From: Ruditapes philippinarum
Lineage: Eukaryota
Direction of reading: 5' to 3'
NCBI RefSeq assembly: GCF_026571515.1
Contig: NW_026866343.1
Location: forward strand, 1-64,000
Length of the DNA: 64,000 nucleotides
Below, in pieces: positions 51,323 through 64,000 of this stretch. The first letter of the stretch is position 1; each line of letters begins with the position of its first letter. The notes under the pieces were generated by a model. That model did no database searches. It worked only from the letters and a program-made list of their open reading frames with translations, and had not been told where the DNA came from. The position numbers and the translations under genes are program-made.

Positions 51323-52081
51323 TTTTGCTGTGTTGGACGTACTTTATAGATTCTGTTTGTCTTTACTTTTTGACATGGTGTTGTTGGGGTTTGATTTTTT
51401 TTTGCAATCAGGAAATTATAACGAATCTAAATTGATACTATTGGATCTAATAATGTTTTCAATTGGCACATAACATTTTGCAATCACGGAATGTTTATTG
51501 TAATATTTTATAAGGTGACATAACTATCATTATCTATAACTGCAATATCAGTATAAACTTCATTTGTAAATTTTATACACATTTTATACACACAAAAAAC
51601 CACACACAAGTAATTTTTCAAAGTATTGCAATACAAGAGTCGCTGTGGGTTCCAAACCCCTAAAGGAATCAGGATTCATTCAATTGAGGTGTTCAGAAAG
51701 GTGGTAGTTCTATTGACGTGCCTGAAGTCATACACGGAGGAACTGAAGTATTTTTCCACCAACAAAGCTGGAAAATCGCCATGTCGTTATCAGGGCTATA
51801 GCTGCCAAAATAATGATAAAGAAGAAAAAGACATCTATAATATACTATAAGATTTATTCAAATCTAAATCCATTTCAATAAAATTTAATGATAAATAACT
51901 TAAAATCAGAAATCAGTTTTGTTTATTGTAGTCCCAAGGGTTTTAAACATCTTATACTTCATGGCTATTTCTTTTAAAGATGGCATTTGATTATGTCTTT
52001 CGTAAGACAGATGCCTATGATATGCCTTTTTTTTAAAAACAATAAATATCTTTAAAAAGATGCTCGGCCGAAGTAAACAAA

Positions 52082-52291
52082 TCTGGAAACAAAGTGATCC
52101 CTCGGAAGCATTAATCACAACAAAATTACAAGAGAATTGCAGACTCAGTTTGATCGAGTATGTACATGAGAGATAATGATTACGTGCAACATCCCTCACG
52201 CCCCCTAGCACCGGCTTGAGCGGTACTCAATTCTCAACACTTAATAGTGTTGGCATCAATGATCCTTAAGGACCAGAAAAATATAACAACA
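52082..52291 (-). repeat. Partial copy of the ~284-bp structured repeat
   Basis: Highly similar to 9129-9340. Confidence 0.9.
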
Positions 52292-52606
52292 TAAGACTGC
52301 TTAACTTGCATATGTTATTTCTAAGTTTTCGAAACATATAGAAATGTAACAATGACATAGGAATTTCTTGTAGCTAAGAAAATAAAACATTTTGTGAACA
52401 GAAATTAAATTATAAGCATATTGATATCAATTGTTGTCTCTTCAGAGTATGACAGCTTCTATTTTGCAGTCTTTATTTAGATGTCGCTATTACTTGCTTT
52501 TACATGTGACTATTCAAATTTTGTTATCATTTAATATTGACTGTATTATTTAAAGACTCACATATAAAACATTGCAAATAGAAATTGAAAAATAATGGAA
52601 ACTATA

Positions 52607-53957
52607 TACTACCCAACTTTTGCTTAAATAAGCACTATGAGTTAATCTTTATTTTATCACAAGTATAAAACAGATTTCTAAATTCTGATTCAGCAATGTT
52701 TTGAGATAGTCCACTGACATGAATCCGTGTTGACTAATCCTTTATAATTCGTCTAGGTAGAATGGAAATCATGCATCCCAATATTTTCATGTTTTTGATT
52801 TGGTGTACAATCACATGTCTTTTGTTATACCGGCGACATTACCGGCTTATTGTCATTCAGTGGCTTAGAATTCTTACACCTGTCACTTCGATATGGCGAA
52901 TGCTAACATTAGGCGGCATTTGAGAGAAGCAGAGTAATAGAAGGCTGTAGGGATGGTGCAGCAGGGTGCCACCTTCCGCCAGGTTTACGCGGCGCTAGGT
53001 GTACACCACACCGTCATCACCAGAGCCTGGGAGAGATACCGGCCACATGGTATGAGAAGGCGCTGCCAACCTGTCATAGATAGTCACGGGTCACACACAC
53101 GTATTAAGTCTAAAGCCGTAAACAAAAATACCAATTTAACAAATTTGAAAAACACGCTGAATGTTCTGAAATCTTCAAAGAGGGGGTCATCATCTTCTTT
53201 AGCACGAAATTAGTGTAAAACACATTTATAGGATTAAAGTCGTCCTTCAGTTGAAGTGATAAAACATTTAATCAACATTTGAAACCTTTCGCACGGCGTT
53301 AATAAAAAAGACGTATACATTTTTTGAATACCAGGTCATTTCATCCTCTCAGTAGTCAGAAATTATTACACGGTATTGATGGACGTGCAGAAGCCGAAAA
53401 CATAGGACTTTTTCAAGAAGTGCACAATTTCATCAAAAGTAGTAGAAGATTTACCTAATTTTGTTTACACATATACTATATTTATTTTCATATTAAGTTT
53501 ATTAAAATACTGCTGCAAATCAAGGTTTGGTGCGTTTATTATAGTGGCAAATTGTTAATGGCATATATTTTTTTCCATTTTACCTCATTAAGTCATTTTG
53601 TAATTTTCTTTGTTTTTTTTAGGTTAAGCGATTCTTTTCTACCAGTTAAAATACATGAAATTAATATCGCTTATCATATAAATAAATATCTCAGATTTTC
53701 TAAAAACCACATTTACTTACTATGTTACCATTAAGCCAACAAGATAGACCTTCAGGGGAGGACCCTAGATAATGTTGGTTTAACTTTTGGTCCAACCTTT
53801 TTGTATGTACATTATATTCATGCTTAAGATATCGATGTTAGATTGTGTAAATTAATCATGTACAAAATATGCAATAAATTATTATTTAACTAAAAATAAA
53901 ATTATCCCCAAAAATATTCACACTTAAACATATGGTGCTTAGCAGAAGTTGAGTATA
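52607..53957 (+). mobile_element. Internally deleted Tc1 element (same family as 1538-2294), interrupted by a LINE tail
   Basis: Left end TA-TACTACCCAACTTTTGCT, right end AGCAGAAGTTGAGTA-TA. The transposase N-terminal HTH (MVQQGATFRQV.AALGVHHTVITRAWERYR) is fused directly to the C-terminal MRRRCQPVIDSHGSHTR. Confidence 0.85.
53308..53894 (+). mobile_element. 5'-truncated CR1(Zenon)-type LINE with a 7-bp TSD AATAAAA
   Basis: ORF2 end ...KLLHGIDGRAEAENIGLFQEVHNFIKSSRRFT*, then a 3' UTR with AATAAA and an AT-rich tail. AATAAAA lies at 53301-07 and 53895-901. The uninterrupted Tc1 sequence is visible at 2221-2250. Confidence 0.85.
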
Positions 53958-55845
53958 TATATATAATCAACAAACTACTTATTAAACGTTTAAAGATGTC
54001 TGTTATTTAATGCAAACAGCTATGATAAAATAGGAAAATATAAAACTTTGTAAAACTTTTGTTAACCGGCCTTGTTTTACAAACAAAAATAATTTTGATA
54101 ACTTGATATAAACTTAAAAGTGGTTCATAACTCCATCCACCACATTAATTACTTTTGTGAGACAAATTTAAACTCCACATACAAATATAATTCAATTTGT
54201 ACTCAATAATTTTAATACACTTCATTTTACCCTCAATGTATATTGTTTATTATTTATATACTGAATGTCATTTTACTTAAACATAAAAAGTTTAATCAAA
54301 ACGGAATTTGAAAAGGATGTTTAGACCTATAAATGAGAACGTTTTGTTGGTGTAATAAATCCACGTATTTGCAAAAACGTACAGAGGGAAATACTAAAAA
54401 ACATTGAAAAAAAAAACAAAAACAAAAAACAACAACAAAAAACAACGAAATTAACCTTTTTTATGTACAATAGACAGAATAATCAATGGGATTATTAACT
54501 TTGAAAAATGGAACACTGTTAGATGTATGTGTTCTAAAACCTATCTTGCCAAATTCTACGCAGTCGGTAGGCAATTGTATTTGTAAATTCTTGATTAAAG
54601 CAGTTGACCTCCAGAAGATAGCAGAAAACTGCCGGCTTGCTAATATTTCAAAATCCCCCCTCAAAAACATTATATAGTTTTAAGAAATCGAAATGACACT
54701 TTAAAATGTTAATATTTTAACATTATTGCTCTGAAAACAAACAGTTCGATTTCCACCTCTTTTATTCTTTCATCCGGGTTTTTTTCTAGTATCACGTGAT
54801 CGTACAGGACAATATCGCGACCTGTGCTCCGGATCGCACGAAATCCGGGATTTTATCAAACATATAGGGATACGAATAACTGCTTTTGTTTTTATATTTG
54901 TAGTAATTCGTGGCACTAAAAATTATCATTGTTTAATTATTTCATATATATTATGACCAATTTATCGATTTAACCTTTAGCTTGAAATGTGATAGGGGCC
55001 TACTTATGACGAAAATTGATAAACGATCCCGGGCATAACGGATACCGGGATTTTTCCGGATCACTGTTGTGACACGTGACCGCGTTAAATGAATTATCTT
55101 CTCCTATTTATATTGGCTACTGCGTTATGAACGCAGTAGATTATGGAAAAGAAAACCCGATATATTAACGCTTTTGTCAACATTCTTTCTTGAATTAAGG
55201 TGTCAGTAATGATGGATTTATACAATAAACCTAACCAGATCAGTATTTACCATTTACTTGAAATTTTATTTCATTTTTTTTTTCATTTTACCATCTGGAG
55301 GTCAGTGGCTTTAATGTACAAAAATATATGCAAATTATAAACATTATATCAATAGAACACATTAATGATCATATAATATATTGGACACTTATAGAACAAT
55401 TATAAACGGAGGGTACCGGATAAGTTCGGTTTTGTTTGGTTTCGATATTTTCATGTTCATGAGTACACTTACAAGATATTGAGCGTTATTGGTGGTCTCG
55501 TTGAGTTAAGGAATTATTCTGTGCATTTTATTTTATAACTATCCTTTATATTTTTTTATTATTTGCCTTATAACTTATTTGCCACTGAAGTGTGATAGAA
55601 AAGCTGTTATTTAAACAGTGACAATTATTGTCATAAATAGAAAGAAATATATCGGACAAATTACACCGATGATTAAAAATCAACGGTTGGAAACAATGAA
55701 ATAAACAAAACGGAAAAGGAAATAAATATTTACATTGTTATATACATGTATACATATTTAATAAAGTCCGATATCCTTTTATGTACAAAATCATGATTCA
55801 AGCACAAAGAATTTCTATACACACTATTTACAAACTGAATATACG

Positions 55846-55962
55846 TGCATATATTATGTCATATAAATATTGCAATATTATTACATGCATATATTATGTC
55901 ATATAAATATTGCAATATTATTTTATGCATATATTATGTCATATAAATATTACGACATTATT
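55846..55962. repeat. 39-bp tandem repeat, 3 copies (TGCATATATTATGTCATATAAATATT...)
   Basis: Read directly from the sequence. Confidence 0.9.
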
Positions 55963-56456
55963 TGTAATTAAACATTTCTTGCCTGTTTCTGTTAGATATA
56001 CTTCATAGATATATCTACGGGTAAAATACTGATATTGCAGAAATTTATTTAAATCTAGGTAATCTTTACTGAATATATCTAATCTGGATAACAGAAAAAA
56101 AACTATGTTTGGGAAGCTTCATTCTCTAGCTATTACTGGTCATATTGATTTTGTCTCTTCTTAAAAAACTGCTAGTATTTTCTAATGACAACATGTTTTT
56201 TCATACATTGTTTAACTAGTGTGTAGAGTTAAAACGCCCATTTAAAAACATCATAAATTTCAATTATCACATTTGATCGTATCTTAAACTAGAAATATCT
56301 TACACTAAAAGTCGCGAAAACAGCAAACAAATTATAAAAAGACAACAACAATAACAAAACATGAAACACGATAAAAACCCAAACAATTTAAGCTTGCGTT
56401 GCGTATTCGTATTCAATCATTTTGCCTGCTTGTCCGATACTTTTTAATTCAAGAAG

Positions 56457-59400
56457 CTAATCTGAATCGTCACTATCGTTAATAACATGTAAATATAACT
56501 GATCGTCAGTGAGTTCGGGTCCAGATTCAACAGTGGATGCTACTGGTTCTTGTAGCTGAACTTCTGCAGTACTATGGTAAGTCGGGTGCAGATAGTTTTG
56601 GGATTGGTCACTGTTTGAAGTGCTTGCCACAGAAACGCTCTCGCTCGGACAATTTAGAGAATTGTTATCAAGTTCCCATCTATATATTGAAATGTAGTCT
56701 GCTGCGATCGTGTCATAGTGGTCATTGTAGACCTCGGAGTAGTTCATCTCACACGGCAAACCCGCAATTCTTTGATAAACAAAATAAAATTATAAATAAT
56801 TAAATAATGAACAGTTTGATTAACAGGACCATGTTATTTGAATGTTGACATACTTTGATGTATATAGTCTTTTCCCCTAAAGTCTGTTTTTGCTAATAAG
56901 ACATAAAAGACAATGACTAGGTAATGAAGTTCTAGAATTCGGAGTAAAAGCGGACAATCAATTTCAATGTAATTATGGGAAATAAGTAAGCAAAAATGGC
57001 TTTCAGGATGATATATCACCCTAACCACCCCGAAATGCACTAAACAAGTACACCAAGTTTACATGTAAAGTGAATATTTTTGAAACTTTTGGAGAAATGT
57101 ACCAAAAGAGTTTGATTGAGAATGCTTATGAAAGGCAATATAATATGCAACATCTCTTACGCTCCCCATCCCCTAGCACCGGCCTTACCAGTAATTAAAT
57201 ACACACTAACTGACAATTATGCAGATTGACTTTATTACTTTGGTATTAAATTTGGAGTTTATATCTAGAAAAAAATACGATACGAATTAATTTGGATTAA
57301 TTGTTACATTGGTAGAGGGAAAAGAGACAATTATCTCTCAATTAAAGGATACTAAATATGAATATCACTACTGAAAATATTGCATAGAATTTATGTACCT
57401 GCTCAATCGTAACTCACAAGGGGTTTCTTCTTTCGTACTGTTCTGGTTTACTAGATTGCGTACTCTTGACTTCGCTTTACTGTATTGACGACATATCAAA
57501 ACTACAGCTGTAAATATGAAATAAATGTTATCAAATGAGACAATTCGACAGAGTAACACGAACCAATAAAAATGTCATTAACAATGATTTTTTACGGTAT
57601 GCCTAATGCAATCCAATTTTTACTGAAATATTGAACAAATACTACATACCCAACAACCCATTCTCTTTTCAAGATTATAAAGAGAGTGCAAAACTACCTA
57701 GAAATTGTTGTATTCCATTGAATATGTACGCTGGATCGTTAATACAAGTCAATTTATAGAATGCAAAATAACTTTAAAGTCATTTATGTATTCTCTGTAA
57801 TTAGCAGCACACACATCGGTTTAACTTAAATATTTTACAATTATCGATTGCAAACATGAAATATACTTGTGCTAAATAACTTGTATCCATTAAATAAAAA
57901 TAGAAAAGAAAAATACGTGTTATTTCAAAATTTCTGTCATGAGTGTATTTTGATAAACATTTATCCCAGTGGCAACAGTAAATCAACAGTTACACACAAA
58001 TGGCATTAATGCTTGGCTCAATCAAACCGGGCCTGCATCATTTTCAATTTTGCCGTTTTGGGCGTTCGTTAGGGATTCTGATTTTATAAAATCTCGATAG
58101 ATTTCAAAACATAGCTAAATTTAAATTCCAATGTACACACATGCGTCTACACAAACACCAAAATGAATAAATGAGAAATTATGTATATGTGGCAACTTTA
58201 CCTGTTGCAGTGATAAAAATGAGCGCAGCACCCGCCCCAGTCGCTGACAGAACAACGGAAGTAACAGAAGTACTTGCAGAGCTAGAAGAACTTCTGATCG
58301 TGTCCGGCGACTTTTTAATATACTCAACATATCCAATCATCTTGTGTATGTTTCCTATTGTTACCTAGAATTAAACGGTAACGGTCATAAATGTTAACGA
58401 GCCTGCCAATGTTATAGTTGCAAATACGATATGGTTACATAAAGCATGACAGAGCACCAGGAGACAAAAAGGTATATGTGTCGGTAGTTTATGGGCAGAG
58501 AAAGATTGTATATGATTTTAGGCTCCTGTGACGTTAGCACGTTCACATTTGTACCAGTGACTTCTTATTGCGTTAATACTCAACTATAAAAGATGTGGTT
58601 GTTTTTTGAGTCCTTTTGTTATATTACAATGTATATTCCTGTTGAACTGACAAAGTACAAAACAAAAATTCAGTTTTTTATAGCTAAAACGTTTGGGGGA
58701 AATTACACAGTGATATATGCTCATCACGTTAGGTATTTAATTCAGTCTGCGAGGCTCTACACAGTCAGCGCTACACGGGAAATGAATACAACAGTTTTAT
58801 ATGAAGAACCGTCCAGAATATAAATATTCATACGCACTTACACATACTTTAAATATTGACAAGTTTATTGAATTAATTGTGTTTTAACAAGTAAGGAATT
58901 AAATTAAAACCACTCCGATAATTGAGTACTTGATTTATAATTAAAAAAAGCCAAAACGTTTTCAGGTACAGAATTTTCCTTACATTAACCTCCGGTCTTG
59001 TTGCATTTGGTATTCCACTCCTTGGTTCAATTATAGGAGCAATGCATGTTATACACGTTAGATTTAGCCCCACTGTGACACATAATTCCACGCCGACTGT
59101 TACAATTATATCAAATTTTGTCGCAACAAGGTTCAGCATAAGACCCTGAAATTACAAATGAATGAAAGCATTTTCACTTTCTAAAATTTAAGCTATATTG
59201 TTAGCAATATATCTAAAATTCTTGCAATGACGTTTAATTTAATTGTCATAACAATAAAAACAATAATTCAATGAAAAATTAGATCTCAATTAAGCCAACT
59301 ATGAGAAAGGTATTAAGATAGTACAGGAATGAATTTAAACATGCTCATTCATAGCCATCATATTAATTTTCTCTGAATCTTAAAAGTTGTGACAATTGAA

Positions 59401-62400
59401 TTAAGCTCTCAATTCAAGTTTTTAAACCTGAAAGAAATATCAATTTATTGATAAAAACCTACAGTAATATTCAGATGCCTTTCATCAGCATTAAATTTGA
59501 CGACATGGTCACTTTCAGTCAGCTGATTGACAATTGGATCTTGATAGTATTTTATTTCAATATTGCCTTGAACGTTATCCAGATATATAGAACACACTGC
59601 TGACACATGTTTTGAAAATTGATCAGTTGAATTCTCCAATTTAAATAATTCCTCTTCAAGACTCTTTGGCGCTTTTGGGATTTCACAAGATGCCAAATTT
59701 TCTGACAGTATAATGCAGTTGCCAGTCTGTGATATAAACAGCATGTTGAGTATAAAGGTATTTGATGTAGATAACTGACACTGTTTAATATGTAATTTAA
59801 AACTTTATGATTATTATTCATTAATTATCATAGTCTTAACACAAATGCAAAATAAATTAATAATAATAATAAAAATAATAATAATAATAATAAATTAAAC
59901 AATAATAATACAAAGGTTTAAAATCTTGTTAGAGAAGTATTGAACATTTTTACATTTTTGTATCAGTTATATAGAACAACATCAACAAATATGTTTTCAT
60001 CAGTTAAAACAAACGTTTTACTTATTTCATCTTTACTTTACTTTAGAAGTAGAAAAAACAACCATAGCAGAAACGAAACTAAAAAAGCCTATTTTGAAAA
60101 AAAATGTTTACTTTTAAAAAACCACCCATAATTTTAAGATTTTTTACCATCCAATTTAAAAAAAAAAATTTTTTAGTTTTAAAAACCAAACCCTTTTTAC
60201 CAACCATTTAGCACTTTAAAATTTCTTACTATTGAAAAAATATTTATTTTTTGTTCAAGTTTTGGACTTTAAAACTAAAAAAAATGAATTTTTCCGTAAA
60301 GGAGGTTTATGAATTAGGCATCTAATACTTTTAAAAAGTGAGAATTTTTAAAAATTTAAGTATGTTTTCACTTTTAAAGTTTAACAGATACACGTCATGA
60401 ATTTTTTGAATATTTCCAAAATTTTTGTTTTAATTTCTTTTTGATTTTTTTTTTAATCGTTTATTTTTCGGGTGGAAAAAAAATAAATTACTATAAATTC
60501 TTAATACGTTTAACCTTTTTGTTTAAAATTTTAAAAAAAGTAAGCCTTTTTTAAAACACAAATTTTGGGCGGGTTTTTGTTTTTAAAAGGACGGGGGTTG
60601 TTTTTTGCGGGCGAAGGCCGGGACGCCTTTGAGTTAATCGGGCCCTACCGGGTTAAATTGACAAAAAGCGTTTGGGGCGGGGAAAAAAAACAGGGACCTA
60701 GTTTGTAAAAAAATTGAAATTTTTACAATCTCTTCAATTTCTAACAAACCAGGGTTTTTTTTTGCTTTGTCCTTTTGGGGTTTTTTATTTTAAAGGGGTC
60801 CTAAAAACAAAAAAGCAGGTTTGAAGCAAAATTTTAGGGGAAATTTAAATTTTTATAGGGAAACCCTTGGAATACATTTTTTAAAAAAAGGGCAATAATT
60901 GATTTTTGATGGATTTAAAAACTTGGAAATTTTCCCCAACACAGTCGGGTTGGTTTTCAAATCTTTAAATTTGGGGTTTAAAAAAAACGAAAAGTTTAAA
61001 AACCCCGGGAATAACTTAAAACCTTTTTCAGGGTTGGATACGGGGGGGTTTACACCCGCTGTTTTGGGGGGTTTTAAAAAATAGGGAAAAAGGGGGAAAC
61101 CCCTTTCCCAGTATTAAATTTTTAACCCAAAATAACATGGAAATTGCAACTGGGTAAAATACTCATTTCCAAAAATTTGATTCAAAAATAAATTTTATAA
61201 AAACAAAAAGTAAACTTCAACAAATTTCCCGGGGTTTTAAATGTGTGATTATTTAGCACCCCAAAAACTTTTGCTCAAAAAAATTTTGTTAAAAAATTAA
61301 AAGGCTTTTTTGGGGGAAAGTTTGTATTTCCAGAAAATATTTTTTAAAAAAAATTACCTCAAAGTTCGTATGTAAATTTTTTTAATTTTTGAAATATTTG
61401 CGTTTTCTAAATGGTTTTTTCAACTTGGGAAAAATTTTAGTTTTTGCATTTTTAAAAAGACAAAAACCGGGGAATTGGGGGGAAATTAATTATTTTTACT
61501 TTTTTTGTCTAATTTGTTTAGAAGCGCTTTATAAATTTAAAATGTTTTTTATCAAAATTTTAATTTCAAAAAATATTATTAATTTTATATCGGGGGAAAA
61601 AAAACCAAGGGTGGTTTAAAAACCAAGGCACCCTCTCTTTTGCGACGAAAAATTTTGGGGTATATTCCAAATTTTTCTGAAAGCGTTTAAAATTTCCTTA
61701 GAAAGCTTTTTTGGGGGTTGGGAAAAGGTGAGGAAATGGATCGGGACTACCCCTAATGAAACCGGGGGGGGTTTTAATTTAACATGCGGCGATCCACCCT
61801 TTACCTAAAATGTTTTCTTGCTTGCTGTGTTATTTTCCCCTTTTATTTAACGGGCAAAAATTGGGGGAAAATTTTGTTTTTATGCTTTTGAAAAAAGGGG
61901 GTAAAGAAACAAGAGGGATTATGAAACAGATTTAAACAGACCCTTGCATTGGAAGAAAAAGTTTAAAGTTTTTTAAATTAAAGTTTAAAGGGGGGGGTAG
62001 TTAAATTAAATTTTCCCTTCGAGTGCGATGACTTGAGGGTTTTTTTTAAAGGGGGGCCCGGCAAATTTTTTTTTCTTTAGTTTTGGAAATTTTTATTAAA
62101 TTTCTGTAAAAGCCCTAAATGAAAAAATATTAGGGCAGTCAAAGAACCCAAAAAGTTATAATTTGGGCAGGGGGGCAGGGGAAAAAAGCAAAAGGGGGCC
62201 GGGGTTTCCCTATAAAGAAAAAAAATTTTGATTTCCAACCTGGCCCCCTTTTTAGGGAGCGGTAAAATTTTACAAGGTTTGGGCAAAGGAACTCTGGAAA
62301 CGTTTAAAGGGAAAATGTCAAATGTAAAGCTTTGACTTGTTCAATTTATACCAAAATCCAAAATATTTTATTTAACTTAAAGGGTTGGGGTTTAAATACC

Positions 62401-63410
62401 TGAAATTGTATTAAAAACTATTTTTTGGGGATTTTATTTTCGTCTTTAAAATTTTTTTGGTTTAACCCTAAAAAATATTTTACGTTCAAACCCCAAAATA
62501 ATTTTAAAAAATTTACAAAATTTTATGGTTTACTTTAAAAAAATTTTTTTTAGCGGATTTGAAATACATAAAAATCATTTAAATTTTGTCATTATTTTTG
62601 CCCTGAATTTTCCCTTTTAAAAAGGGGGTTAAATTAAAATAATAAGGGGAATTTTAGGGGTTTGGGATGTCTTGGTTAAAGTTTTTTTGGGGGGAAAATT
62701 AAAAAAAATTTTTCCCTTCAGGGCTGGAAAGAACTAATTGGTATTTTTAAGGGAGGTGTATATGGGGTTTTAAAGGATTTACAAATTTTTGGCCCAAACG
62801 GGAAAAGGAAATTAGTTTTAAGGTTTATCCCTTATGGGGGCAAAAGAACTGTGTGGGTCGGCCAATTTCTTTTGAAATATAGATGTTTAAGGGTTTCCCA
62901 ATGGGCTCATGTAAATTCGGAATCCTTTAAAACCCTTAATATTTGGGTTTGGGGGGGTTTTTCAAAAAAAATGAGGGGGAAAATTAAATTTTTAAAATTG
63001 TGGGAAAGTAGAAAGGAATAACACCTTGGGTTAGGGTGGTTTCATTAAAAAAGTGATATTTTTAAAAAATGGACCATTAATTGGGTATCTTTTTAATTGG
63101 ATGGGGGAAAAGTTTGAAATTTGTTTTTTTTTTTTTATATTTTTTAAAATAGTTTTATTCTGAGAAGAAATAATTAAGTTGTCCTTGGTTTTATAAAAAC
63201 ATTTAACTTTTTCCAAAATTTTTTTTAATTGGGAAATTTTTGGCCTCATTTTTGGTCTTTTAAACAGGGAAATTTTTCAAATTTACATTGACATTTCCTA
63301 TTTCCCAATTTCCCAGATTTTTTTCCGAATTTTTAGGGGTTAGGGTTGGGGCCCCTGCTTCCCGGGGCCCTAATTTGGGGGGGGTAAAATGTTTCACAAA
63401 TGGGGAAACC
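56457..63410 (-). CDS. Inverted paralog of the plexin-like receptor (3' part; continues beyond the window)
   Basis: Intact exons 59726-59463, 59145-58984, 58364-58202, 57507-57399 and 56769-56457 correspond to exons 17-21 (exon 17: 74/88 aa identical; exon 18: 49/54). Corrupted but recognisable equivalents of exons 16, 15 and 14 lie at ~61358-61450, ~61697-61890 and ~63235-63410. Confidence 0.85.
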
Positions 63411-64000
63411 ACGGGGGTAAATTTCCCTAGTGTATTAAAAAAATTTAATTTAAATAAACTTTTCAAAAATATCCTTTTTGAAAACAATCCTTTTTCTCAA
63501 AAAAAAGTAAACATGTTTTTGGGGGCAAAATTTCATTTTTTTTTTTAAAAGTAAAAGACTTTTTTTATAAATATATATTTTAAAAAGACAATTTCAGAGT
63601 TTTTTTTTTTTTTTTTTTTGCACATGTTCAAGATATCCCCCAAAAAAAATGCCACATTTTTCTAATTAAAAAAAACATCACTTTGGGAAAAATAAATGTA
63701 CCAAATTAAAGGGAAATTTGGATTTCGAGTACTGTATAAAGCTTTTAGTAAAACATTTTCCAAATTTAAATAATAATAAATTAAATCATTTATATCACCC
63801 TTAAAAAAAAGACCAGGTCCCCCAAAAGACCACATTGTTTTAAATGTTTGAAAATTATACAAGTTGGGGGAACAAAAATAAATCAGGAGATTTTACAGGG
63901 CCATACCTTTTTAACAGATACCCCAAATTTTTCAAAAGATTTAATTCAAGGGAAAATTATTTTTTTAAACGGGGTTCTCTTTCTTTGTTTTAAAAAAGCC
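60050..64000. other. Low-accuracy (unpolished long-read-like) sequence
   Basis: Pervasive inflation of A, T, G and C homopolymers. Exons known from the paralog are recognisable but broken mainly by homopolymer indels. Confidence 0.85.

Larger units (their letters stand above)
55610..63700 (-). repeat. Inverted segmental duplication arm, counterpart of ~24900-31990
   Basis: Exons, introns and 3' flank align in reverse complement (e.g. 31970-31988 with 55613-55631; 31660-31705 with 55970-56015). Confidence 0.85.

Noticed and set aside
60899-63862. F/K/G/P-rich ORFs in the last 4 kb
   Set aside because: Products of homopolymer-corrupted sequence.

Overview
AT-rich, intron-containing animal genomic DNA. 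The repeat repertoire (Meta-type tRNA SINE, HINE/Helentron-like element with a 164-bp tandem core, Crypton-like hairpin element, CR1 tail) suggests a mollusc, probably a bivalve (inference). I assembled four genes by hand from GT-AG exons whose phases are consistent. (1) A 21-exon plexin/MET-like single-pass receptor (+, 5492-31008, ~1322 aa; signal peptide, Sema, 3 PSI, IPT/TIG repeats, TM). It has no GAP or kinase domain, only a ~140-aa tail with Tyr-based motifs, and its exon 3 is interrupted by a 745-bp insertion. (2) TTC36 (+, 34790-39982, 189 aa). (3) A PLEKHB/evectin-like PH-domain gene (-, 45902-49071, 182 aa). (4) An inverted paralog of the receptor (-, 56457 to the window end), which becomes low-quality, homopolymer-corrupted sequence after ~60000. 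The window opens at what looks like the right end of a Polinton/Maverick. It also carries Tc1, Merlin, pogo, Crypton-like, LINE, SINE, MITE and foldback elements. The two strongest leads are the duplicated GAP-less plexin-like receptors with ITAM/ITIM-like tails, and a ~283-285-nt mobile repeat that folds into hairpins (one with a cUUCGg loop), occurs as permuted tandem multimers, and appears to have inserted recently into a coding exon. Family assignments come from remembered motifs, not database searches.
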